Assembly: GCA_019056805.1 (NCBI GenBank)
Contig: DXJG01000005.1
Coordinates: forward strand, 1-32,000
Reading direction: 5' to 3'
DNA length: 32,000 nucleotides
Origin: Candidatus Baldrarchaeota archaeon
Lineage (GTDB): Archaea; Asgardarchaeota; Baldrarchaeia; Baldrarchaeales; DXJG01
Part shown: positions 1 to 9,402 of the stretch, piece after piece
Numbering within the stretch: the stretch's first letter is position 1
Layout of the letters: the number at the start of each line of letters is the position of its first letter
Notes under the pieces: model-generated
Seen by the model: the letters and a program-made list of their open reading frames with translations, nothing else
Told to the model about the DNA's origin: nothing
Database searches by the model: none
Program-made: the position numbers and the translations under genes

Positions 1-63
1 AATTCCTGGGCCGTCATGAATTGAGTATCTTTGTATGTTAAATATCAATCCTTTTATCGACAT
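1..63 (-). CDS. Glycyl-radical enzyme activating protein (radical SAM, PflA family), N-terminal 21 codons only; runs off the window
   Basis: Not in the ORF track. The reverse complement from ATG at 63 reads MSIKGLIFNIQRYSIHDGPGI, the typical start of GRE activases (GxIFxIQRxSIHDGPGIRT). It lies 64 nt downstream of the GRE on the same strand. Confidence 0.9.
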   Translation of the reverse strand, partial: MSIKGLIFNIQRYSIHDGPGI

Positions 64-127
64 TGATTTCCCCAACACTTCTATCAAACAAGCAAAAAAT
101 GAAAAGATATGAAGTTAAAGTTTGTTC

Positions 128-2503
128 CTAGTATACTTCTCCATGCGCTGTTCTACCTATGATGTCATCTTGCAAGTCTTTGCTTAGCTCTACAAAATAT
201 GCGCAATAACCTGATACTCTTACCAAAAGCCACCTGTATTTCTCTGGATATTTCTGCGCATCTAATAACATTTCTTTATTTACTACGTTAAACTGTATGT
301 GGGCGCAACCTAATTTAACAAAACTTCTTAGGAAATCTACAAATGCATCTATTTTATCTAAGGCTCCAGGTGTGAACATCATGTTAAGTATTGGAAAACC
401 TATTTTCGCCCAGTCTATTTTTGATAACGATTTTAATACTGCTGTTGGCCCGTTTCTATCTGTTCCGTGAGTAGGGGATATAGCGTCAGACAACGGTTCA
501 CCAGCTTTTCTTCCACTTGGAAGTGCTCCAACCACCTTGCCGAAGGGAACATTGGATCCTAGTGTTAGAAATGTTACATCTCTAGCTCCTCTTCCTCTAT
601 AATTCACTTCTGCAACTTTCTTGTATTCTTCGAAAAGCATTTCTGCAACTCTTTTTGCAACTGAATCCACGTAGTCATCGTCATTTCCCCATTTTGGTGC
701 TCTATTTATTAGCATTTGTCTTAATTCCTCTTTACCTTCAAAGTTCTTATCTAATGCATCAAGTAATTCTTCCATTGTGAGTATTTTTTCGTCATATACA
801 AATTTTTTAATTGTTGCAAGCGAATTTACCACATCTGGAAAACCTGCTATACATGGATGGGCGGAAAAATTGTAGCGTGCACCGCCTATTGTTCGATCTA
901 AGCCCTTTTCTATACAACCATCTATGAGTATGGAAGCAAAAGGTGTTGGAGCTAATTCTGCATGTATTTGTTCAAGTAGTATGAAGGCTATTTGAGCTGC
1001 TTGGAAAAAGTAGGCGCACTGTTTTCTAAATGCTTCAAAAAGCTCATTAAAAGTTCTAAATTTTCTTGGATCGCCGGTCTTGGGACCAAGTTGCTTTTTA
1101 CCATACTTCCAGTATCCATTATTTAATGCAAGTTCTAACATTCCAGCTAAATTATAGAAGCCATAATAGTTGTATGCCGCATCGCCTATCGGATCTGGTG
1201 TATCACAACCGCAAAAACTTGCTGTTCTAGCTTCTTCAAACGGAAGTCCGCGATTAAGGTGATGTTTAACCTCTAGGTCTCCGTTAAAGATCGATGGATG
1301 TCCAAGCCCAGCTCTTACGAGTTCAGCCACCTTATATAGGAAGTCTCTAGGCGTATCTTCGGTTAAATGAACTCTTAGAGAAGGGTTTTGTAGCTTTACT
1401 TCTAACATAGCGTCGATGCAAAGATATGAAAGCTCATTTATAATGTCTTTTCCATTCTTTGAACGGCCTCCAAGTTCGAAGTGGAAAGATCGATATCCAG
1501 TGTGGTATTTTGCTGCGGTGTGAGATTTTAGTGAATAGTTTAGCCATCCAAATTTAATAAATAGACATTCAAGTAGTTCTAGGGCATCTTCTTTTGTTAA
1601 TCTCCCCTCTTCTATATCTTTTTTGTAAAATGGATACATGTATTCGTCGAAGCGCCCTGTTGAATATCCAATTCCACCTTCCTCTATATAACTTGCAACA
1701 AAAACGAACCAAAATGATTGTAATGCTTCATGGAAATTTCTTGCGGGATTTGCTGACACCCAGCTACATATCTCGCTAATTTTTAATAGTTCTTCTTTTC
1801 GTTGAGGATCAGTTTCTTTTTCAGCAAGTTCACGTGCTAGATTTGCATATCTTTTAGCCCAGTTGATTACAGCATCAATACATATCAGTGCTGCCTCATA
1901 GAACTGTTTGACTGCCTCATGTGGAACTTTTGCCAGTTTTTCTTTTATTTCTTCCTTTATTCCATTTAGTCCTTTATGAAGTACTTTTGGGTTAAATATG
2001 ACGTGTCCTGGACCTGAGCTAGCAAATGCACCTAAATTTGCTAGCTCAGTGTCCTTGGGAGGATATTCAAAGGGGTTCATGAAAAATACTTCTCTAATTG
2101 CTGGAGATAATCGATTAAACATAACTTCGTGTAGTGTTTTTCCTCGCCAATAGGGGAAAACCTTTTCTCTTAACACTTTTTTAGTTGTTTCATCTACTTC
2201 GGTTGGCTCATATTTCCTTGTGGGAAGTTCATCTAATACTTTTTCTATCCAATGAGCAACATATTCAGGGTAAAGAGGCGTTCCAAGTGGCTCAGTTGTA
2301 GGGGAACCAACGATCAATTCACCATCATCAATTATGATCGGCATTTCTTCTAACACTTTTTTGAAAGCTTTTGCTCTTCTTATTATTTGGGGTTCCCCTT
2401 CGGTTTCTCTGTAACTTTCTGTCACTAACACAGCTCTTGTAGCATCAAGCTTAGGTTTAGCTGTCCAAACTTTCTCTACTAACTTTCTTACTCTATGTCG
2501 CAT
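128..2503 (-). CDS. Glycyl radical enzyme (PFL2/eliminase-like superfamily), substrate unknown, about 791 aa
   Basis: C-terminal glycyl loop LLVRVSGYCAYF (RVSGY at 206-220), Cys loop FCGCDTP (1199-1213), GRFDEYMYPFY, LPSGRKAGEPLSDAISP. Start moved from 2593 to ATG 2503, which follows a GGTGGTGA SD. Confidence 0.93.
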   Translation of the reverse strand: MRHRVRKLVEKVWTAKPKLDATRAVLVTESYRETEGEPQIIRRAKAFKKVLEEMPIIIDDGELIVGSPTTEPLGTPLYPEYVAHWIEKVLDELPTRKYEPTEVDETTKKVLREKVFPYWRGKTLHEVMFNRLSPAIREVFFMNPFEYPPKDTELANLGAFASSGPGHVIFNPKVLHKGLNGIKEEIKEKLAKVPHEAVKQFYEAALICIDAVINWAKRYANLARELAEKETDPQRKEELLKISEICSWVSANPARNFHEALQSFWFVFVASYIEEGGIGYSTGRFDEYMYPFYKKDIEEGRLTKEDALELLECLFIKFGWLNYSLKSHTAAKYHTGYRSFHFELGGRSKNGKDIINELSYLCIDAMLEVKLQNPSLRVHLTEDTPRDFLYKVAELVRAGLGHPSIFNGDLEVKHHLNRGLPFEEARTASFCGCDTPDPIGDAAYNYYGFYNLAGMLELALNNGYWKYGKKQLGPKTGDPRKFRTFNELFEAFRKQCAYFFQAAQIAFILLEQIHAELAPTPFASILIDGCIEKGLDRTIGGARYNFSAHPCIAGFPDVVNSLATIKKFVYDEKILTMEELLDALDKNFEGKEELRQMLINRAPKWGNDDDYVDSVAKRVAEMLFEEYKKVAEVNYRGRGARDVTFLTLGSNVPFGKVVGALPSGRKAGEPLSDAISPTHGTDRNGPTAVLKSLSKIDWAKIGFPILNMMFTPGALDKIDAFVDFLRSFVKLGCAHIQFNVVNKEMLLDAQKYPEKYRWLLVRVSGYCAYFVELSKDLQDDIIGRTAHGEVY

Positions 2504-2885
2504 AATCACCACCTGGAAGACAACTAAGAAATATAAATTATCGTTGTAAAAGTTAAAATTTTTCGACATGTCTAGATATAAAAAATCCGTCAATAAAGGA
2601 TGACTAAGGACGTATGATCGGGAGATTTTATTTTTAAAGTTAGTTTTTAAATTTGGGCTGTGGGATGATGTGTGATTTGAGGTTTTGTGTTGATTGGGAT
2701 ACGTTTAACCTGAAACATGTTAATTATTGACGTAGACCCTAGGTTCGATGCATACTTTGCTCTAAAAATCCTAACTAGTACAAGTACACCTGACTGTGAT
2801 CGTCAATTAGGAGGATTTTTAAATACAGCTACAAACTATGAGTCTTATAGGATTTTATCATATTGAAAAATGGAAAATAAAACAG

Positions 2886-4181
2886 TCATATGTCTTTTAG
2901 AACTTCTCTATAGCCTTCCATGTCAAAGAACCCGTTTCCCGACACGTTAAAAACTATGACTTTTTCTTTGTTTTCTCTTTTCGCTTTAAGTGCTTCGTCG
3001 ATTGCTGCTTTTACTGCATATGCTGATTCTAAAGCTACTAGGACTCCTTCTGTTTGCAAAAATATTTTTGCAGCTTCGAGTGCTTCTTTTTCATCCAAGG
3101 CTATAGCATCAATTATTCCTTCATGTCTTAACAGACTTAATGTTGGTGATGAACTACTGCTTCTAAGTCCTTCTGCCCTGATTAGTGGAAGTTTAGTTTC
3201 AACACCTAGCGTGTACATTTTCATTAGGGGTAATGTTCTTGAGGGCTCTACGAAATCATAGCGATATTCTCCCTTAATTAGTGTAGGAGCTGCAGATGTT
3301 TGAACAACTAGAAACTTGATATTTCCCAGTTTTCCATCTAAATAATCTTTTATGAACGGATACGCCAATCCAGGGAAATTGCTTCCAGTTCCGCCACATG
3401 AGAGAACAACATCTGGACTTTTGTCAATAATTTCAAGTTGTTTCTTCGTTTCTAAACCAATAATGGTATGATGCATTATTACATGATTCATTCTACTACC
3501 CCAAATAGCAACAGTGTCATCATTATTTAATGCAACCTCAAAAGTTTCAGCATATGCAGTGCCTAAACTTCCTGGATGCTCCGGGTTTTCTTCCAAATAT
3601 TTCTTCCCTATTTTAGTTGTTTCACTTGGTGATTCAATTACCTTGGCATTAAGCATCCGAGTGTATGAAGCTCTCTCGCGCTTCATGCGACAAGCATGTC
3701 TAACCCAAAAAATGGTACAATCGAGGCTAAACATTGCTGCAGCAAAAGCAACTGCACTTCCAACCTGACCCGCGCCGGTAGGTGCTACTACTCTTTTAAA
3801 CCCCTCTTTATACGCGTAATAAACCTGTGGAATCATCGAATTCATTTTAAAACTGCCAGTAGGTGCTAAATCTTCACGCTTATAATATATACGGGCAGGG
3901 GTATTTAGAAACTCTTCAAGTCTCTTAGCTCTGTATAAAGGCCTTGGCCTTCCTATATGAATGTATAATTCTCTAACCTTATCTGGTATCGATATCCATC
4001 TTTCCTTCGAAAATTCTAGTTCAAGTGATGTTTTTGTGAAAAGTTTTTTCATTAGTTCAACCCTTGACACTCCTTTTTCAGGTTCTTTGTAGGGTGGTAG
4101 AGGTTTTGGCAAATCTGGTAGAATATTATACCAGTGTTTTGGTAGCTCATCAACCGGAAGGAAAATATGATTGTTTTTCAA
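2886..4181 (-). CDS. TrpB2-like PLP-dependent enzyme (fold type II), divergent active site
   Basis: Colinear with TrpB2: LPKHWYNILPDLPKPLPP, PARIYYKREDLAPTGSFK (PLP Lys kept), TGAGQ, GSNF, HPGSLG, VIVFNVSGNG. Probable TTG start at 4181 after a GGAGGG SD. Confidence 0.88.
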   Translation of the reverse strand: MKNNHIFLPVDELPKHWYNILPDLPKPLPPYKEPEKGVSRVELMKKLFTKTSLELEFSKERWISIPDKVRELYIHIGRPRPLYRAKRLEEFLNTPARIYYKREDLAPTGSFKMNSMIPQVYYAYKEGFKRVVAPTGAGQVGSAVAFAAAMFSLDCTIFWVRHACRMKRERASYTRMLNAKVIESPSETTKIGKKYLEENPEHPGSLGTAYAETFEVALNNDDTVAIWGSRMNHVIMHHTIIGLETKKQLEIIDKSPDVVLSCGGTGSNFPGLAYPFIKDYLDGKLGNIKFLVVQTSAAPTLIKGEYRYDFVEPSRTLPLMKMYTLGVETKLPLIRAEGLRSSSSSPTLSLLRHEGIIDAIALDEKEALEAAKIFLQTEGVLVALESAYAVKAAIDEALKAKRENKEKVIVFNVSGNGFFDMEGYREVLKDI

Positions 4182-4206
4182 CGTTACAGCCCTCCTATAA
4201 ATTAGT

Positions 4207-4641
4207 TTAGGACATGAGTATTTTAACGCTATTGCCAATTTTTAAATTTAATTTACCTCCGGTACTCACTTCATCCGCCTTTAGAAGTAGAGTAATATGA
4301 TTTGGGGCATGTGTTGTATCGAAACCAGCAATTACACCGATAAGTCTATCACTAATGTATACTTCATCCCCAACAACAGCAACTCCCCCGTTTTTCACTT
4401 CCATGAAACCTATATAGCCAACATGATTCACAACTTTTCCGGGTGAAGCATCTTCTTCGTCGGTTATAGCAATTTCGCAAATAGAGTTCTTTGCAAGAGC
4501 CCTTGACATCGGGTCAATCAGTTTCATACCTCTTTCATCTATTATAATGTCAAGAATTGCAACTATTTCCCCTAAAATTTCTCTTTTCGCTATATATGGA
4601 CTCTTTTTAATTAATCCGGATTTGTATGGTTCTTTGCTCAT
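4207..4641 (-). CDS. Small beta-rich hypothetical protein, DUF6917-like
   Basis: Motifs GYIGFMEVKNGGVAVVGDEV and IAGFDTTHAPNH resemble DUF6917 as I recall the family. It ends 25 nt before the TrpB2-like start, which suggests an operon. Confidence 0.6.
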   Translation of the reverse strand: MSKEPYKSGLIKKSPYIAKREILGEIVAILDIIIDERGMKLIDPMSRALAKNSICEIAITDEEDASPGKVVNHVGYIGFMEVKNGGVAVVGDEVYISDRLIGVIAGFDTTHAPNHITLLLKADEVSTGGKLNLKIGNSVKILMS

Positions 4642-4782
4642 TTCTCATCACATCCTGAGGTTAACTCGTCAAACCAAATAATTGAAATTTTATATATTAT
4701 TAGATTTCATATTAACAATTATAACACTTTTATTTCTGGTGAAACAATAATATTGTAATACATAAATATCAAGGTGAGAAGA

Positions 4783-5253
4783 ATGGCTGGTCAAGAGAGA
4801 AGGATATGTGTAGACCCAGATTTTTTCGACCTAGAAATATATGCAATATATTATGCGATTTACGACCTTGTTGGAGAAGATACATGGAAGGTTGTATGGA
4901 AAGCTGGTGAAATAGTATATAATGAGATAAAAGATAAGATTGGAGCTGCAGACGCAAAGGACCCCTTTGAATCGCTTAAAAAATTGGCAGAATGGTTGAA
5001 AAAGGTGGGCTATATAGAAGATATCGAGGTACGTAAAGTGGCAGAGGACGAAATAGAGTACGTTATGCTCAATCCTATAATTACTTCAGGAGCAAAGAGA
5101 TTAATTCAAGAAGGCCGCGTTCCGGCGCATATTTCAACAGCTTTAATGTTTGCTGCGCTTAAACAATTTAATATGAAAGCAGAAATGGTAGGTGAACCTA
5201 AGTTTCTACCCGACGGCCGTGCTGTAGAGAGGTGGAAGTTGATCAAAATTTAA
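4783..5253 (+). CDS. V4R/HNOX-like small ligand-binding protein (no Cys motif, no HTH)
   Basis: Pattern WKAGEIVYNEI...LAEWLKKVGYIEDIEV...EIEYVM fits the V4R/TRAPP-like fold. ATG 4783 follows an AGGTGA SD. Confidence 0.5.
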   Translation: MAGQERRICVDPDFFDLEIYAIYYAIYDLVGEDTWKVVWKAGEIVYNEIKDKIGAADAKDPFESLKKLAEWLKKVGYIEDIEVRKVAEDEIEYVMLNPIITSGAKRLIQEGRVPAHISTALMFAALKQFNMKAEMVGEPKFLPDGRAVERWKLIKI

Positions 5254-5285
5254 GTAAAAAATAACTAATTGGGGAGGTGGATTCC

Positions 5286-6566
5286 TTGGTGGAAGTTGTA
5301 GTTGTTGGTGGAGGTTTTGGTGGTATTGGAGCAACTCTTGGCGCAATCAAAGCTGGCGCTAACGTAACTCTAATAGAGAGAACTGATATGTTGCTTGGAA
5401 CAGGATTAGTTGGTGGGATATTTCGGAACAATGGAAGATTTGTAGCCGCTGAAGAAGCTATCGCTATGGGAGCTGGCGAAATATTTGGGATAATGGATAG
5501 AATTGCTCGACATAAAAACATCGAATTTCCGAGGCATAAACATGCAAGTTTATATGATGTGTACAAAATCGAGCCAGAAGTTAGGAAATTTTTGGAAAAA
5601 ATCGGAGTAGAATTAAAGTTAGCAGCTAGAGTTAAGGATGTTGAAAAGGTCAATAACAGGATAGTTTCATTAAAATTAGATAATGGAGAAGAAATTAAGG
5701 GGAATGTTTTTGTAGATGCTACAGGAACTTCGGCTTTCCCTGGAAACTGTACAAGGTATGGTAATGGTTGTGCTATGTGTATTTTACGCTGCCATACATT
5801 TAAACCAAGGGTAAGTATTACGGAGAAAGCTGGGGTTAAGGAATATTATAGGGTAAGGGCAGATGGAACCCCGGGATCTATGAGTGGATCTTGTAAGATT
5901 TTTAAGGAAACGCTATCAAAGGAAATAAGGCACGAACTAGATAAAAGAGGGGTAGCAATAATTCCATTACCTAAGGAAATGGTTGATGAACATAAGTTAA
6001 AAATTAAGGCTTGTGTACAATATGCATATCCAGAATATATCGAAAACATTATATTACTGGATACAGGACCCGCTAAGCTTATGAGTTCTTACTTTCCACT
6101 GCATCTTCTCAGGAAAATACCTGGTTTTGAAGACGCTAGATACGAAGATCCTTTGGCTGGAGGAATGGGTAATTCAATAAGATTTATGGCAATGGCTCCT
6201 AGAGAAAACACGATGCAAGTTAAAGGCATTGGGAACCTCTTTGTGGCTGGAGAAAAGTCAGGTCCTCAGGTAGGGCACACGGAAGCTTTAACAACTGGTG
6301 TTTTGGCAGGTTATAATGCTGCATTAAAAGGAGCAGGAAAGGAATGTATAGAATTGCCTAGAAGCATAACAATAGGGGACTTTATAGCTTTTATAAATGA
6401 GGAGGTGCAGCGGGAAACTCCTATACCAAGAGGTTATACTTATTCTGGTGGGGTATACTTTGAAAGAATGAAAAAATTAGACTTATACACTATCGATGTA
6501 AAAGAGATCCAGAAGAGAGTAGAAGAAGCTGGAGTTAGTGGTATATTTGAAAAACGAGTTATATAA
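5286..6566 (+). CDS. GidA/TrmFO-like FAD-dependent oxidoreductase with Cx6Cx2Cx3C motif
   Basis: N-terminal Rossmann VVVVGGGFGG, FVDATG, and C-terminal NLFVAGEKSG...GVLAGYNAA as in GidA/TrmFO. Cys motif CTRYGNGCAMCILRC. TTG 5286 follows GGAGGTG (ORF track start 5277). Confidence 0.75.
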   Translation: MVEVVVVGGGFGGIGATLGAIKAGANVTLIERTDMLLGTGLVGGIFRNNGRFVAAEEAIAMGAGEIFGIMDRIARHKNIEFPRHKHASLYDVYKIEPEVRKFLEKIGVELKLAARVKDVEKVNNRIVSLKLDNGEEIKGNVFVDATGTSAFPGNCTRYGNGCAMCILRCHTFKPRVSITEKAGVKEYYRVRADGTPGSMSGSCKIFKETLSKEIRHELDKRGVAIIPLPKEMVDEHKLKIKACVQYAYPEYIENIILLDTGPAKLMSSYFPLHLLRKIPGFEDARYEDPLAGGMGNSIRFMAMAPRENTMQVKGIGNLFVAGEKSGPQVGHTEALTTGVLAGYNAALKGAGKECIELPRSITIGDFIAFINEEVQRETPIPRGYTYSGGVYFERMKKLDLYTIDVKEIQKRVEEAGVSGIFEKRVI

Positions 6567-6728
6567 TTCTTTTTTTATTACTACTTTTTAATGTCTACAA
6601 GGTTTTAGACAGAGTTAAATGAAAAATGTTTACAATTCCATCTTTATAATGTAAATAAAGACAATAACATTTATTAGTAAGAAGAAAAAAAGTAAAAAAA
6701 ATACTACTAAAAGCTTGGGGTATGTAAA

Positions 6729-8045
6729 ATGTCTGGGGAAAGGGAGGAAAAAATACCTCAGACATTTTGGGAATACCTTAAAGCTTGGGGACCCGGTATT
6801 GCAGCGGTATTAACTTGGGCTGGAGCTGGAGATCTCGTTGATTGCGCCGCAGCTGGTGCTAGCTATGGTTATGCCCTCATGTGGGCTCTAACAATTGCTC
6901 TACTTCTAAGAGGAGTTATAGTCTCTATAATGGCTAAATACGAACTTTGTAATCCCCACCGAGAAACCTTAATAGCAGCATACAAACGACTTGGAACCTG
7001 GGTTGCATGGATACTTATTGTTGCTTTCTTCTTCTATGCCCACATATACGGTGCATTTCTTCTAAAAGGTTCAGGAGTTGGACTATGGTTACTAAGCGGA
7101 AAAGCTGGAGGAGAATGGGGACTATTTGCCTGGTGTGTAGTACTAATGATAGTTGCAGTCCTCATATGGGGACAATGGGGACAAGGCAAATACAAGTACA
7201 TTGAATATCTGTTTAAAGTAACATTGGCCCTCATGACTATAACTTTCTTGGGAACAGCTGCAATTGCAATAGCAAGAAACCCCGCAGCCCTTGGAAAAAT
7301 GATTCTTGGAGCAATAGCCGTCGGCTGGATTCCACCAGGAGTTGGACCTTGGGAAGCAAGTTTCATGGCAGTTGCAACTATTGGAGCAATTGGAGGTTCA
7401 ATAGCGAACTTTCTCTATCCATATTTCATAAAAGGTAAAGGATGGACCGATGAAAGATACATAAAGGTACAAAGATTTGATCTGTGGCTTGCTATAATTG
7501 TTGTTATAATTTTGGATGCAGCAATTTGGACCGTAGGAGCAGAAATACTACATCCACAAGGTATTCATGTTACCTCGGTAGAAGACATAGCCTATGCATT
7601 GGTTCATATCGTCGGAACTGCCGGAGCAGTACTCGTATATGCAGGGTTATTCGTAACAGCTTATGATACATATATCGGTCTTGCTTGTGGTCTCTGTATG
7701 GGAGGTATCGACTCCATTCATCAAGTTATGCCAGAAAGAAAAGAGAAATACAAGAGTTACGAAAATGATCCATGGTACAGATATGCTATATACTATGCTT
7801 TGATAACGCCCATTATCTGGGCTTTACCAGGAATGCCAGGATTTATCTTCATGGTACTCTTCATGAATGCCCTCTCCGTCGTAATAATTCCAATAATTGC
7901 CATAGGACTTCTAATCATAGCCAACAAAGCAGAGTTCATAGGCGAGAAATATAAGAACAAGTGGTGGGAAAACCTATTATTGATTGTTATAGTGGCAATC
8001 GCGCTCTGGAGTACCTACCATTTAATAATGTCCTTCATTAAGTAG
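6729..8045 (+). CDS. Nramp-family (APC fold) transporter lacking the metal-binding DPGN motif
   Basis: About 11 hydrophobic segments. N-terminal WGPGIAAVLTWAGAGDLV...GASYGYALMW is the Nramp-like signature region, with GAGD in place of DPGN. Confidence 0.75.
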   Translation: MSGEREEKIPQTFWEYLKAWGPGIAAVLTWAGAGDLVDCAAAGASYGYALMWALTIALLLRGVIVSIMAKYELCNPHRETLIAAYKRLGTWVAWILIVAFFFYAHIYGAFLLKGSGVGLWLLSGKAGGEWGLFAWCVVLMIVAVLIWGQWGQGKYKYIEYLFKVTLALMTITFLGTAAIAIARNPAALGKMILGAIAVGWIPPGVGPWEASFMAVATIGAIGGSIANFLYPYFIKGKGWTDERYIKVQRFDLWLAIIVVIILDAAIWTVGAEILHPQGIHVTSVEDIAYALVHIVGTAGAVLVYAGLFVTAYDTYIGLACGLCMGGIDSIHQVMPERKEKYKSYENDPWYRYAIYYALITPIIWALPGMPGFIFMVLFMNALSVVIIPIIAIGLLIIANKAEFIGEKYKNKWWENLLLIVIVAIALWSTYHLIMSFIK

Positions 8046-8208
8046 CCACAGAGACGTAGAAGTCTGAAATCCTAAAACCTATTTTTTACTTTAAGTTTGA
8101 TATGACTCAGTTGATTAAACGTTTATCTGCCACGTTTTTATTTTGTAATTATTATTTAGCAAAAACTCTTTTGTATAATTAATTATGAATAGCAAATAAC
8201 ATAAAAAG

Positions 8209-9141
8209 GTGAGTAAGAAAATGTATAAAGTATTTGAAAGACATGATGTGAACCTTTTAGAGGGAGCTATTGACCTTCATGTACATTCTGCTCCGGACTT
8301 ATTTGCTAGATCACTGGATGCAATTGAATTAGCTAAACAAGCTACAACTGTAGGTATGCGTGCCATTGTCCTAAAATGTCACTTCTTTCCTACAGTATTT
8401 ACGGCTTATTTTGTTAGAAAGGCCGTAGAAAATAGTATAGATGTTTTTGGAGGAATCGTGCTTAATCATTATGTTGGAGGATTTAATCCTCATGCAGTTG
8501 AAGCATCAATAAAAGCTGGTGGGAAAATAGTTTGGATGCCAACTATCTCCGCCACAAATCACATTCACCATTATAAAAGTTTGAATAGGGAAGAATGGGG
8601 ACTAAAAAGTTTAAAGCTAAAAAGTAGAGGAATAGGATTATCGCCCATAAATAAAAAGGATGAAATTGCCCCGCAAGTGGAGGAAATTCTTAGCATAATA
8701 GCTGATACAAATACGATTCTCGCTACTGGTCATCTTTCTGTTCATGAAATTGAAATACTTGTAGAGGAAGCTAGAAATTTGGGAGTTAGAAAAATTCTTG
8801 TAAATCATCCAGCATTTAGAGTTGTAAATATGCCCGTTGAAAAACAAAAGGAACTGGCGAAGAGGGGAGCTTATATGGAACATGTTTTCTTACTTTTGAC
8901 TCCGATGTGGTATACCATGAATCCAAAGAACATGGTAAAAATGATAAAAGAAGTAGGAATTGACCATTCAATAATAGCCACCGATTTGGGACAAATACAT
9001 AATCCTTCACCAATTGAAGGTTTAAGAACCTTTATACAAATACTTTTAGAAAACGGCTTAAAACCACACGAGGTAAGAACTTTAGTGGCTGAAAACCCAG
9101 CCAACCTACTTGATATTGAAATAAAGAAGAATGAAAATTAA
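8209..9141 (+). CDS. Amidohydrolase-superfamily metallo-hydrolase, DUF6282-like
   Basis: Metal ligands in TIM-barrel order: IDLHVHS (HxH), LKCH, ATGH, VNHP, ATDLGQ. Confidence 0.75.
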   Translation: MSKKMYKVFERHDVNLLEGAIDLHVHSAPDLFARSLDAIELAKQATTVGMRAIVLKCHFFPTVFTAYFVRKAVENSIDVFGGIVLNHYVGGFNPHAVEASIKAGGKIVWMPTISATNHIHHYKSLNREEWGLKSLKLKSRGIGLSPINKKDEIAPQVEEILSIIADTNTILATGHLSVHEIEILVEEARNLGVRKILVNHPAFRVVNMPVEKQKELAKRGAYMEHVFLLLTPMWYTMNPKNMVKMIKEVGIDHSIIATDLGQIHNPSPIEGLRTFIQILLENGLKPHEVRTLVAENPANLLDIEIKKNEN

Positions 9142-9402
9142 CATTTTATGTATATCACTCTGTTCATTATGCAATAAAATATGCATGGTTATCATGATGT
9201 ATGTTAGTTAATGAATAAAAACTGTTACAAAATCCATATTGTTTAATGATGAAGCTTTGGTTTACTCTGATAAATTACTGATTTGTCATAGTAAAAAACA
9301 TTGCAAAACAGTTAATTTTTTATAAAATGTCGCTTGATATATTTTCGCCCAATAAAGAGTAGCTAGGTGTTGAAGTGTAAAAGTAAAGTGTGGTGAGGAT
9401 TC

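Noticed and set aside
128-2503. Annotation as pyruvate formate-lyase or choline TMA-lyase
   Set aside because: No CC pair as in PFL and no GCVE as in CutC.
2886-4181. Plain annotation as tryptophan synthase beta (trpB)
   Set aside because: Key catalytic residues are replaced and no other trp genes are nearby.
4683-4709. TGAAAT...ATTTCA inverted repeat around a TATA-like sequence in the divergent promoter; similar AAAATCCT/AGGATTTT copies at about 2764-2839
   Set aside because: Short repeats are expected by chance in DNA this AT-rich; they cannot be called operators without comparative data.
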